Origin: Candidatus Pacearchaeota archaeon
Lineage (GTDB): Archaea > Nanobdellota > Nanobdellia > Pacearchaeales > UBA284
Reading direction: 5' to 3'
DNA: 32,000 nt
Assembly: GCA_026016245.1 (NCBI GenBank)
Contig: CP061211.1
Location: 240,001-272,000, forward strand
In this document: piece by piece, positions 24,701-30,386 of the stretch
Numbering within the stretch: position 1 is the stretch's first letter
Layout: every line of letters starts with the position of its first letter
Notes under the pieces: generated by a model
Databases searched by the model: none
Seen by the model: the letters and a program-made list of their open reading frames with translations, nothing else
What the model was told of the DNA's origin: nothing
Position numbers and translations under genes: made by a program

Positions 24701-25755
24701 AAGTTGTTATTGTCAAGCTAACATCTCCTAAATATTTCACAGCAGGAATATATGATCTTGTATTTAATATTAAAGGCCAGCTAGCAGTAGGAACAGCCTT
24801 TATTCAGATAAAAGAAAGAAGAATAGTAAATTTAATTGTTCATGAAATCAGCGAAGAAGAAGCAAGAGAAAAGCTTAATCAGGCTAAGAAAATACTAGAA
24901 CAAATGAAGCAATATAAATTAAAAACAGAAGAATTTGAAATCCTGTATGCAGAAATGGAAACAGCATTTAATAACAGAGAATTCACAAAAGTTAATAATC
25001 TTTACAATGAGTTTTATGATTCTTCTTCAATGGCAATAGAATCTTATAATCTCATTAATAAAATAAAACAAGCAATGGAGCAAGCAAATAGTAAGGGTAT
25101 TGAGACTCCAAACACCTTAAGGCTTGTTCAGTTAGCAGAATCAGCTTTAGAAAGAGCTGACTGGGAAACAGCTTTAAGCAGAGCAAAAGAAGCTGAACTT
25201 ACTTTTGCTGTAGAAACAAAAGGAGAATTTTCTTTAGGCTACTTTTTAAAAGAAAACTGGTGGAAAGTTTTAATTATGGTTTTATGTACTGGTTTTGTCG
25301 TCTTTTTAATTTATTCGTGGACAAAGTATGAAATAATTAACAAAAAAGTTAAAAATCTTGAAAGAGAAGAGCACATCCTTCTTGGTTTAATGAAAGTTGT
25401 TCAAAAAGATTGCTTTGAGCTAGGAAAAATGTCAATGACAGAATATCAAGTGGCAATTCAACAGTATGAAAACAAACTAAGCCAAGTTGTGCAAAGGTTA
25501 ATAGAACTAGAGACAATGAAAATTAACTTCTTTAAATTTAGAAAAGAAAATATAAGATTAAGCACAGAAAGAAAAAGACTGCTTGAATTGATAAAAGAAA
25601 CCCAAAGATTATATTTTGAGAAAGGCAAACTTGAATCAAGAATCTATGAAAACAAATTAAAGAGCTATGCGACCAAGATGATAGAGGTTGAAGAAAGGTT
25701 AGCATTACTTGAAGCTGAAAAAGCACTGAAAAGAACAAAGGTTTTGGAAAGATAA
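18703..25755 (+). CDS. Giant (2,350 aa) mosaic cell-surface glycoprotein with type-I membrane topology
   Basis: It is a single uninterrupted ORF. Domain order, part 1: N-terminal anchor/signal LKRIILLIAISLLFTVLIVSA; 3 Cys-repeats; parallel beta-helix coils; Ig-like modules. Part 2: five FG-GAP/VCBS blades; CARDB-like modules (RNIGNETSQNTTYNWTL; TTEFTIEVKNEFDDVIKDITIEVEG); a G8 tract. Part 3: helical stalk; TM WWKVLIMVLCTGFVVFLIYSW; 145-aa coiled-coil tail. N-x-S/T sequons are very dense. Confidence 0.9.
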   Translation: MSKKRGEMTSQRENKKRMNKKSELKRIILLIAISLLFTVLIVSANNFTNITNFTDNNQSNQTLDLECQQDSDCDDNNESTFDYCTNNSCYYQEIECINDSNCDDNNSLTFDYCINNSCYYVEPECFTDEDCNDNNESTTDLCQDYNCIYEINETNITAEILELEQQEAKINEKVKWIVKIKAQTLEEAILLIPEDAFILSSEEQEQVFLIEYETPMIEIEEEIIEQEQEIKKDEMTGQVISQAIQGKIIKRVIISSNFSGHYHNVKAFTIINLENEIQESQFKVYHLISNEKVDITDKSEYNVTINKIEENNINTSTNLSNYQISWLVPELSEQIFEITAGGEGPVILSTPGEIDSCQTLDTAGTYTLNQNVSADTTCFNITSDNVTLDCAGYTINYSATGTGYAVNNSVGYSNITIKNCFINNVSTSYSSSYAIYFQGSSTDPCSGNVIDNNTILTSGTSSHGIYLYDYVNKTNITNNNITTTGSSSKGIYLNSKVNSSIIANNTLKTSQTSSYGIDVYMYSGENIIYNNNITTTGSGGYGMRIYQYCDKNNITNNNITTTSTGIGIFMYSADFNNIKNNSFVTGSSGVYVYNSASNVFYKNNITTSGSDSYGIYLYQSSTKYNNFTDNRITTSGASAHGVYVSSANDNAIFNSSIETTNTGNAIYYAGASNATIENTVINSTNAGTKDIYFVSSSKGNLNLTNCTLNKTDVSFHSSSTANLNIHYYLDAQVNYTNGNPVQDANVSGYDVDNELAFTQLTDSNGLIARQTLLEYMQNFTDKYYKTKYTINATYQIGYTNDSEQVNLTANNITDDNTQIILTIGTTSPTTNLVSPDNGNVSDFSTINFTCNATDDLMLKNISLWHNITGAWGLNQTFFGLNISSQTCSQVWGFDCGAGPPEAGDNTFDDCTYSGSGGGLISVKEIYLNATKIAPGDSLNATCYFESYEGYEDEFDSGIFYYNGSGWYELWSGDPSPCSGQPCYVNTSTAFTANNTVGTHWIRCSIQYTDAGTDITDYCAVGDAGYQDNDDLSFTVSDSIGSATATASFILNVPDGHHIWNCQAYNNRSKDDFADSNYTLTVQEPPNVTLNLPVDGNLSASNNITFNCSATDNSGLKNVTLWGNWSGGWHANTTNNFSGLSNSTAFNLNVSEGAYLWNCLVYDINDYSAFASSNFSLTVNTPPTTPTNITCNGQICSLNNSFNNIIEINCSGSTDPSGDVITYLIEANYTSGGAGDAEISLGPYVYENTAGHGTPVWSRKSEWDPVTSSSYFYPTYGDLDGDGDSDFMYVANSNQLKAYENTGSAESPSWSYNAGWSFSNSVPTGEGTTVFSIDLGDVEGDGDLDLLFAKHNNILFYENTAGAGNDPSWSYNSGWTASLGSATNIGARLVDIDNDGDMDIFYHDWSGNNYFYENTGSQTWSRKSEWETGFVSGGANSQFGDFYDIDGDGDYDYFGYESSSYKDAYENTGSASSPSWSANSDWGSAIPSSSSSIYPALVDLDNDGSSSGWQLIGNHSETSVFEWSITDVNEQTNINLRCRAVDEQGSNTNSSAYSPETNLTIDHTAPVFTNVSYQPSTDIGLDPDVQVNVTVNVTDPVNNNVNSTVSAVILQYKSQYDSDFSNTSMSYNVSNELYEGNFTPSFEANYTIRIWANDSALTYANTNTSSNSTLEIFYDWVWNHTPYDLGTVAGIQKSTQTVGYIYITNNADSNLHYDLSHNYILGADYMNFSDDLFTLTPGQSKNITVNATFTPAAGESNVKITIDATTPNADPSENHTNITLASYAGGPYLDVVIDIYNSIIGQSNWMNLSAYIRNIGNETSQNTTYNWTLASGITVNSGDKNAVIGNITPNSQNRTNLNVTVSASTSYGNNNMSLFASGQGSNTNDTNQITVFVQCNSGDGVCGAGCIDAEGAPNYDSDCVEQPSGGGGGGGGVSGQAREKFLTTSETIEIVRGQTTEFTIEVKNEFDDVIKDITIEVEGIMSTYLSLSPAHIDSLNPGESKVVIVKLTSPKYFTAGIYDLVFNIKGQLAVGTAFIQIKERRIVNLIVHEISEEEAREKLNQAKKILEQMKQYKLKTEEFEILYAEMETAFNNREFTKVNNLYNEFYDSSSMAIESYNLINKIKQAMEQANSKGIETPNTLRLVQLAESALERADWETALSRAKEAELTFAVETKGEFSLGYFLKENWWKVLIMVLCTGFVVFLIYSWTKYEIINKKVKNLEREEHILLGLMKVVQKDCFELGKMSMTEYQVAIQQYENKLSQVVQRLIELETMKINFFKFRKENIRLSTERKRLLELIKETQRLYFEKGKLESRIYENKLKSYATKMIEVEERLALLEAEKALKRTKVLER
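18901..19161 (+). repeat. Three tandem 87-nt (29-aa) four-cysteine repeats inside the giant ORF
   Basis: The repeats are CQQDSDCDDNNESTFDYCTNNSCYYQEIE, CINDSNCDDNNSLTFDYCINNSCYYVEPE and CFTDEDCNDNNESTTDLCQDYNCIYEINE. All have C-x5-C-x10-C-x4-C spacing. TGT codons fall at 18901, 18988 and 19075. Confidence 0.9.
20041..20795 (+). repeat. About 10 parallel beta-helix (PbH1/CASH-like) coil repeats of 22-27 aa
   Basis: The motif recurs periodically: NITNNNITTTGSSSKGIYLNS, IIYNNNITTTGSGGYGMRIYQ, ITNNNITTTSTGIGIFMYS, FYKNNITTSGSDSYGIYLYQ, FTDNRITTSGASAHGVYVSS, IENTVINSTNAGTKDIYFVS. The DNA-level recurrence is aataatataac(a/t)ac. Confidence 0.8.
22432..23220 (+). repeat. Five FG-GAP/VCBS-type propeller blades (YENTG ... 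DxDxDGDxD)
   Basis: Five units each start with YENT(G/A). They end with Ca-binding-like loops GDLDGDGDSDF, GDVEGDGDLDLL, VDIDNDGDMDIF, YDIDGDGDYDYF and VDLDNDGSS. An internal (S)PSWS / WSRKSEW motif recurs. Confidence 0.8.
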
Positions 25756-25762
25756 GGAAAAG

Positions 25763-26728
25763 ATGGTAAAAAAAAATAATTTTATTATAATAATATTAAT
25801 GCTGTCGGCTTTATTAATAGCTAGTATATTTATCAATAATAATTTTGGTAATGCTGTTATATATTCAAATGAATCTATAGAAGCAAAAGAATCTCTTGAA
25901 AATGCAAGAGCTGATATGCAAGAAATGATTGAAATGGGTTTTAATGTTATTAGAGTTAATGACACTCTTATTGTGGCTGAACAAATTTATCTTGCACAGC
26001 TTGCTTTAGAAGAAAAAAAGAAAAGAGCTAATTATGAAACTGTTCTTGAAAAATGTGCTGAGATAAGGAAAATAAAAGAAAAGGCATTTCAAGCTTATGA
26101 TGAGCTTAAAGTTCTTGAAGTAAAAATTAATAAAACAACCCAAGACAAGGATGTTAATTTAACTGAAGTTATTGCTGTTTTTGAACAAGCAAAACAAGAA
26201 TTTATAGATGAGAGGTATGAGCAGTGTTTAATTTTAATTGAAAAAACTTATGAAAAAATTGATAGAGCAGAATCAGAAGCTGCCAGGTCAAGGGTGTTTT
26301 ATATAGCTGCAAGCCGCACAATAGGCGGGTTTTTTGAGAGAAATTGGAAAATAATTATAACTGTTTTGGCTGTAATAGGATTAGCATATTATATAACAAG
26401 AAAAAAAATTGAAAGATATTTATTAAGAAGGAAAATGAAAAAACTTGAGCTTGAAAAGAAAGTTTTAAGAGGGCTTATAGCAAAAACCCAAAAAGATTAT
26501 TTTGAAAAAGGGCTTCTTAGTGAGGGAAGCTATAGAATAAAAATAAAAAAATTCGGGGAACTTATCCGGGATATTGACAGACAAATTCCTTTAATAAAAG
26601 AAGAACTTGAAAAAATAAAAAAACAAAAGCCAGAAAAACAACCAAGAAGAATTCAAAAAGAAGTTAGAAGAATTTCTGTCCCTAAACCTCCTATTAAACC
26701 AAAAGCAAGAAAGAAAATTAAAAAATAA
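25763..26728 (+). CDS. Type-I membrane protein, paralog of the stalk-TM-tail region of the giant protein
   Basis: Layout is signal anchor FIIIILMLSALLIASIF, helical ectodomain, TM WKIIITVLAVIGLAYYI, then a charged tail. GGFFERNWKIIITVL aligns with GYFLKENWWKVLIMVL of the giant protein. The tail LRGLIAKTQKDYFEKGLLSEGSYRIKIKKF aligns with both tail motifs of the giant protein. It starts 7 nt after the giant ORF stop. Confidence 0.8.
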   Translation: MVKKNNFIIIILMLSALLIASIFINNNFGNAVIYSNESIEAKESLENARADMQEMIEMGFNVIRVNDTLIVAEQIYLAQLALEEKKKRANYETVLEKCAEIRKIKEKAFQAYDELKVLEVKINKTTQDKDVNLTEVIAVFEQAKQEFIDERYEQCLILIEKTYEKIDRAESEAARSRVFYIAASRTIGGFFERNWKIIITVLAVIGLAYYITRKKIERYLLRRKMKKLELEKKVLRGLIAKTQKDYFEKGLLSEGSYRIKIKKFGELIRDIDRQIPLIKEELEKIKKQKPEKQPRRIQKEVRRISVPKPPIKPKARKKIKK

Positions 26729-26729
26729 A

Positions 26730-27671
26730 TTACCTTACAAATATTACTTTTTCTGGTTTTGTAATCAATCCTTCTGACTCAGGGCATACAAAATAAACTC
26801 CCTGATTCAAGCCGTTCATACCTATCTTATCTGTTGATCTTAGTGTCTTTACTTTTCTTCCATACACATCAAAAAGATGTACTTTGTCAACTTTCCTGTT
26901 CAATCTTACTATATCTGTGGTAATATTTCCCTTTACTAGAGAAAATGGCTCTTTAACTCTGTTCTCAAGATCTTCTTTTACTCCAGTTAATTCAAAGACT
27001 AATGAATCAGCAATTAGTTGTGCATCTCCGAGTGCTTTATCAACTGTCCAATCAAGGTATTGCATAACAGGGCCTAATGTAAATTCTGATCTAATTGAAC
27101 CTTCTGGTTGTGGGTCTATGTTTTCAGCATTAAAAGCATGGTAAAAATGATTTCCTAGATTTACATTCAATTCAGAAGTGTCTTTCAAAGAAGGGTTTTT
27201 GAAATTATATGATATTACCCTAACTAAAGAATCTGTTGTTCCCATCTTGTTTATAATTTTTCCTATATTTGCTGCGTGCACTGGCAATGAATCATTAGGA
27301 TTGTTTAAGAATACTTCCCAAGCTCTTATAAATTCCTCATTATCAAAAGGAATCTTCGCAATTGTTTGATATATTTTGCCATCTCTATTTGCTTTTGCTA
27401 GATAATTAAGAGTGTCTCCTGGTCGTGGTTGATGAATTTGCCACTGACCATATGGAAGATGGCTTTTTCCTTCCTCATTAAATGTGCCTTGAGTATAATC
27501 AGGATATCCTGGTATCCAAAGTTTTGATGTATCTCCCTGAAGTGCTTGAACTGAATCTGTAGAAGGATTTGCATAGAATTCTAAAGCTCTAGTTCTTGGT
27601 TTATCAATTATTACTGGCATTGAAGGTTGACCACTTGTCGCCAGATATAAAATTATTTGACCAACTACCAT
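26730..27671 (-). CDS. Uncharacterised protein with C-terminal T9SS-type (Por_Secre_tail-like) beta-sandwich sorting-domain signature
   Basis: The C-terminus is VDKVHLFDVYGRKVKTLRSTDKIGMNGLNQGVYFVCPESEGLITKPEKVIFVR. This matches the pattern (v-x-iyD-x-x-GrkV ... l-x-x-L-x-x-GvYfv ... K-x-v) of Bacteroidota type-A CTDs. The N-terminal 240 aa are unrecognised. There is no clear signal peptide (MVVGQIILYLATSGQPS). Confidence 0.55.
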   Translation of the reverse strand: MVVGQIILYLATSGQPSMPVIIDKPRTRALEFYANPSTDSVQALQGDTSKLWIPGYPDYTQGTFNEEGKSHLPYGQWQIHQPRPGDTLNYLAKANRDGKIYQTIAKIPFDNEEFIRAWEVFLNNPNDSLPVHAANIGKIINKMGTTDSLVRVISYNFKNPSLKDTSELNVNLGNHFYHAFNAENIDPQPEGSIRSEFTLGPVMQYLDWTVDKALGDAQLIADSLVFELTGVKEDLENRVKEPFSLVKGNITTDIVRLNRKVDKVHLFDVYGRKVKTLRSTDKIGMNGLNQGVYFVCPESEGLITKPEKVIFVR

Positions 27672-27735
27672 ATTTTTTATAGGCCTCTTGTGTTTATAAA
27701 TATTTCGATTGTTGTCATTCGAAAGTGATTTTAAA

Positions 27736-28065
27736 TCAAGGATTTTCTTTGGCTATATATTCTTCTCCTAAGAAGCGCATTTCATGAATATCATCATCAA
27801 AATTTTTTCCTTTTACATATTTGCTTGTGATTTCATTATAAATTTTATCTAAGAGTTTTAATTTATCAAAAGATGATTTCTTCCTTATCAAATCAGATAA
27901 GACAGTAGTTCTTTTCATTGGTTCTGATATGTCCTCCCCTATTTTTAATTTCAAAGCAATCTCTTTTCTATACTTTCTAAATTCTTCCCACAGCTCGGTT
28001 ATAGAATTATCTTCATAAATTTGTGCTATGATAGTGTAATCTGGAATAATTTCTTTAATTTCCAT
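27736..28065 (-). CDS. Hypothetical protein (109 aa from MEIKEIIPDY; ORF track start 28101), coupled to radB
   Basis: The ATG at 28065 lies 1 nt after the radB TAA, whereas the track start would overlap radB by 35 nt. No family recognised. Confidence 0.55.
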   Translation of the reverse strand: MEIKEIIPDYTIIAQIYEDNSITELWEEFRKYRKEIALKLKIGEDISEPMKRTTVLSDLIRKKSSFDKLKLLDKIYNEITSKYVKGKNFDDDIHEMRFLGEEYIAKENP

Positions 28066-28066
28066 T

Positions 28067-28795
28067 TTAGAAGAATTTGAAGAATTTGCGCTTTTCTCCA
28101 AAAAGTCCTTTATTGGTTATCATGAAAACAAACTCTTTTTCAGGCAGACTTCTATGTTTTCTAAGGATGGCTTTTTTCCTGTTCTGGCCAAAATTCTGAA
28201 GTTCGATTATGCATTTGCTCCAATATTTCATTATATCCCCACCAACCATAGATACAGGTTTTGGTTTGCCTGCTTCAAAATCTTTTCTTGAGATGAATTC
28301 ACTATAGACTTGATCTGTTATTAAAACTGGAATTTGTTTTTTTCTTGCTATCTCACTAAGAATTCTCATCTGTCTAGCAAGGCTCCTGTTGATGATCATG
28401 ATTTTTTCCTTATCTTGCTCTTGATTTGCCTGTCCAAGTTCTAATCTGTATAACATGACCATACTATCTACTATAATTAAACCAATATCTTCTTTAATTA
28501 AATCAAGAAGTTTATTGAAAGCCTCGCGTTGTTCAGAAAAGTTTGTGGCCTTAAGAAGAAAAATATTTTTCATGATTTCTTCTGAAGTAAGCTGTTTTAG
28601 TCTATCTACAGAAAAGCCACCCTCTGTATCTATAAAAACAACTTTTTTTCCTTTAGCAGCTATTGATGCTGCTGCAAGAAGGCAAAGGTTGGTTTTTCCA
28701 CTACCAGCTGGTCCATAAAAAGTTGTTATGATATCCTTCTCATAACCTCCTGCAAGCCATTCATCTAAATTATGAGAGCCAGTTGATATTTTCAT
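28067..28795 (-). CDS. radB: DNA repair/recombination protein RadB (RecA/RadA paralog)
   Basis: MKISTGSHNLDEWLAGGYEKDIITTFYGPAGSGKTNLCL contains Walker A. VVFIDTEGGFSVDRLKQL and LIIVDS (Walker B) follow. At about 240 aa with no N-terminal HhH domain, it fits RadB rather than RadA. Confidence 0.88.
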   Translation of the reverse strand: MKISTGSHNLDEWLAGGYEKDIITTFYGPAGSGKTNLCLLAAASIAAKGKKVVFIDTEGGFSVDRLKQLTSEEIMKNIFLLKATNFSEQREAFNKLLDLIKEDIGLIIVDSMVMLYRLELGQANQEQDKEKIMIINRSLARQMRILSEIARKKQIPVLITDQVYSEFISRKDFEAGKPKPVSMVGGDIMKYWSKCIIELQNFGQNRKKAILRKHRSLPEKEFVFMITNKGLFGEKRKFFKFF

Positions 28796-28847
28796 TACTA
28801 AAAATAGAGGAAAAAGTTAATAAGTTTTACTATATAGGAACGTAAGG

Positions 28848-28856
28848 TTTATAAAA
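28848..28856 (+). promoter_or_regulatory. TATA box (leaderless 28877 gene)
   Basis: GGTTTATAAAAAA is present, with the TATA ending about 20-21 nt upstream of the ATG at 28877. Confidence 0.5.
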
Positions 28857-28876
28857 AATAGATTGATAATGATAAG

Positions 28877-29260
28877 ATGAAAGAGATAATTCCTCCTAAA
28901 ATTTCAATTAATGAATTTAGGGTTGAGACTCTGAATGTAGGAAAAAAATTCTTAGATGTTTCTTTTAGCTATACTATAAGAATTGAAAATCTAAGAGATG
29001 ATGGAAGAATCTATAGGAGATTCATTTTTAGGGATAATATCATAAATTTTATTCTTGATATTCTAGCTGATTTGAAGAAAGTAGCAGGAACAGAGACTGC
29101 TGAGATTGAGGATAGTGAGGATATTAAGGAGAAATTAGTTAACACAATGGATAGATTAACTCTGGAGATTAGTGATCTTAGGAAAATAAAAGATCATGAA
29201 AAATTCTTGAAAGCTTTTAACAGAGTTAATTGTTATAAGGCAAGTTTTGAGAGTGTTTAG
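28877..29260 (+). CDS. Hypothetical protein, 127 aa
   Basis: ORF track, with a promoter at the leaderless distance. No family recognised. Confidence 0.6.
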   Translation: MKEIIPPKISINEFRVETLNVGKKFLDVSFSYTIRIENLRDDGRIYRRFIFRDNIINFILDILADLKKVAGTETAEIEDSEDIKEKLVNTMDRLTLEISDLRKIKDHEKFLKAFNRVNCYKASFESV

Positions 29261-29261
29261 A

Positions 29262-29299
29262 TTTTTTCTTCTGTTCCTTTTTTTGTTTTTTCATTTTTT
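29262..29299 (+). terminator. Cluster of four oligo-T tracts (archaeal-type terminator)
   Basis: T6, T7, T6 and T6 runs lie within 38 nt immediately after the stop at 29260. Confidence 0.5.
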
Positions 29300-29350
29300 A
29301 CTTCCTTATATTTAATTTTATCTTTATTTACATGCACTCTTATGAATGAC

Positions 29351-29515
29351 TTAACAATCATCTAATTCACATGCATTGCTATACTGTTGCTTTATTTTTT
29401 GATACTCTTTTACTAATTCATCATGTTCCCTAAAAGTATCAAAATTGGGATTCCAACTATCTAAACGATCTTCAATAATACGCATCTTGTAATACAATGT
29501 TTGTCCGTCTTCCAT
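29351..29515 (-). CDS. Possible 54-aa small protein (below ORF-track threshold) with strong Shine-Dalgarno
   Basis: My translation: MEDGQTLYYKMRIIEDRLDSWNPNFDTFREHDELVKEYQKIKQQYSNACELDDC. AAGGAGGT lies 8 nt upstream of the ATG (29515). A TATA-like ATATTTATATAC lies about 50 nt further upstream on the minus strand. Confidence 0.45.
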   Translation of the reverse strand: MEDGQTLYYKMRIIEDRLDSWNPNFDTFREHDELVKEYQKIKQQYSNACELDDC

Positions 29516-29618
29516 TTTTGTTTAACCTCCTTATTTGTTTTTGTTTATTTTATTTTTGTTATTTGATAATAGTAACATTAAAATAGGGTATATAAATATT
29601 TGTTGTCAGATTACCTAA

Positions 29619-29632
29619 CGAAACTTTTAAAA
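29619..29632 (+). promoter_or_regulatory. BRE/TATA promoter for the TrmB-family gene
   Basis: CGAAAC + TTTTAAAA is present. The TATA ends 22 nt upstream of the ATG at 29655. Confidence 0.55.
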
Positions 29633-29654
29633 AGAACAGAACATTATTTTATTT

Positions 29655-30383
29655 ATGAATAAGAATATATTAAGAAAAATCGGCCTCACTGATTCAGAGC
29701 TAGAAATTTATCTTGATATTGTTAAGCATGGAGAAAGTCTTGCTTCTGAAATAGCTCCAAGAATAAAAATTTCAAGAACCTATATTTATGACTCCCTCCA
29801 AAATTTGATTAGTAAAGGTCTAATTGTTTATGTTATTAAAAATGGCCGACGATACTTCAAAGCTCTTGAGGTAGAAAAACTTCTTGAATATCTTGATGAA
29901 AAAAAGGAGGAAATAGAAAAGCAGAAGAAAGATGTTCTTGATTTAATCAAAGAGTTAAAGGTTTTTCAAAAACCTATTAGAGAAAAGCCAATTGTTGAGA
30001 TTTTTGAAGGAAAAGAAGGTTTAAAGACAATATTAAATGATATTGTTAAACAAGGTAAAGATATTGTTGCGTGGGGAGCAACAGATAGGATTAAAAATTA
30101 TCTACCAGAATGGTTTTTAGAAAGATATGTTAAAGAAAAAGTAAAAAAAAGAATTGAAACAAGACAATTTTATGTTGAAGGTGAAAAGACTTTAGAAGGG
30201 CCCGGTTATATTCTCAAAGCTGTTTCAAAAGAATTCTCAAATCCAGTAACTTTTGGGGCCTATGCTGATAGAATTATTATTTTCTTTTGGTCAGAAATTC
30301 CTATTATAATACGAGTCAAAAATAAAAACATAGCAAATTCTTTTAGAAAACATTTTGAATTTTTATGGAAAAAGATTAAATAA
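29655..30383 (+). CDS. TrmB-family transcriptional regulator
   Basis: LRKIGLTDSELEIYLDIVKHGESLASEIAPRIKISRTYIYDSLQNLISKGLIVYV is the canonical TrmB N-terminal wHTH. A coiled linker and a C-terminal effector-like domain follow. Confidence 0.85.
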   Translation: MNKNILRKIGLTDSELEIYLDIVKHGESLASEIAPRIKISRTYIYDSLQNLISKGLIVYVIKNGRRYFKALEVEKLLEYLDEKKEEIEKQKKDVLDLIKELKVFQKPIREKPIVEIFEGKEGLKTILNDIVKQGKDIVAWGATDRIKNYLPEWFLERYVKEKVKKRIETRQFYVEGEKTLEGPGYILKAVSKEFSNPVTFGAYADRIIIFFWSEIPIIIRVKNKNIANSFRKHFEFLWKKIK

Positions 30384-30386
30384 AAA

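Noticed and set aside
18703-25755. Diversity-generating retroelement targeting the giant surface protein
   Set aside because: No reverse transcriptase ORF is present in the window. No template/variable repeat pair (a near-identical DNA copy with A-specific mismatches) was seen. The internal repeats are diverged at all bases.
26730-27671. Elevated GC content of the T9SS-CTD-like gene as evidence of horizontal transfer
   Set aside because: Hand counts of a few 60-nt lines (about 38-43% versus about 27% in the neighbouring gene) are too noisy. Housekeeping genes such as gltX reach similar local values. This needs a proper sliding-window or codon-usage calculation.
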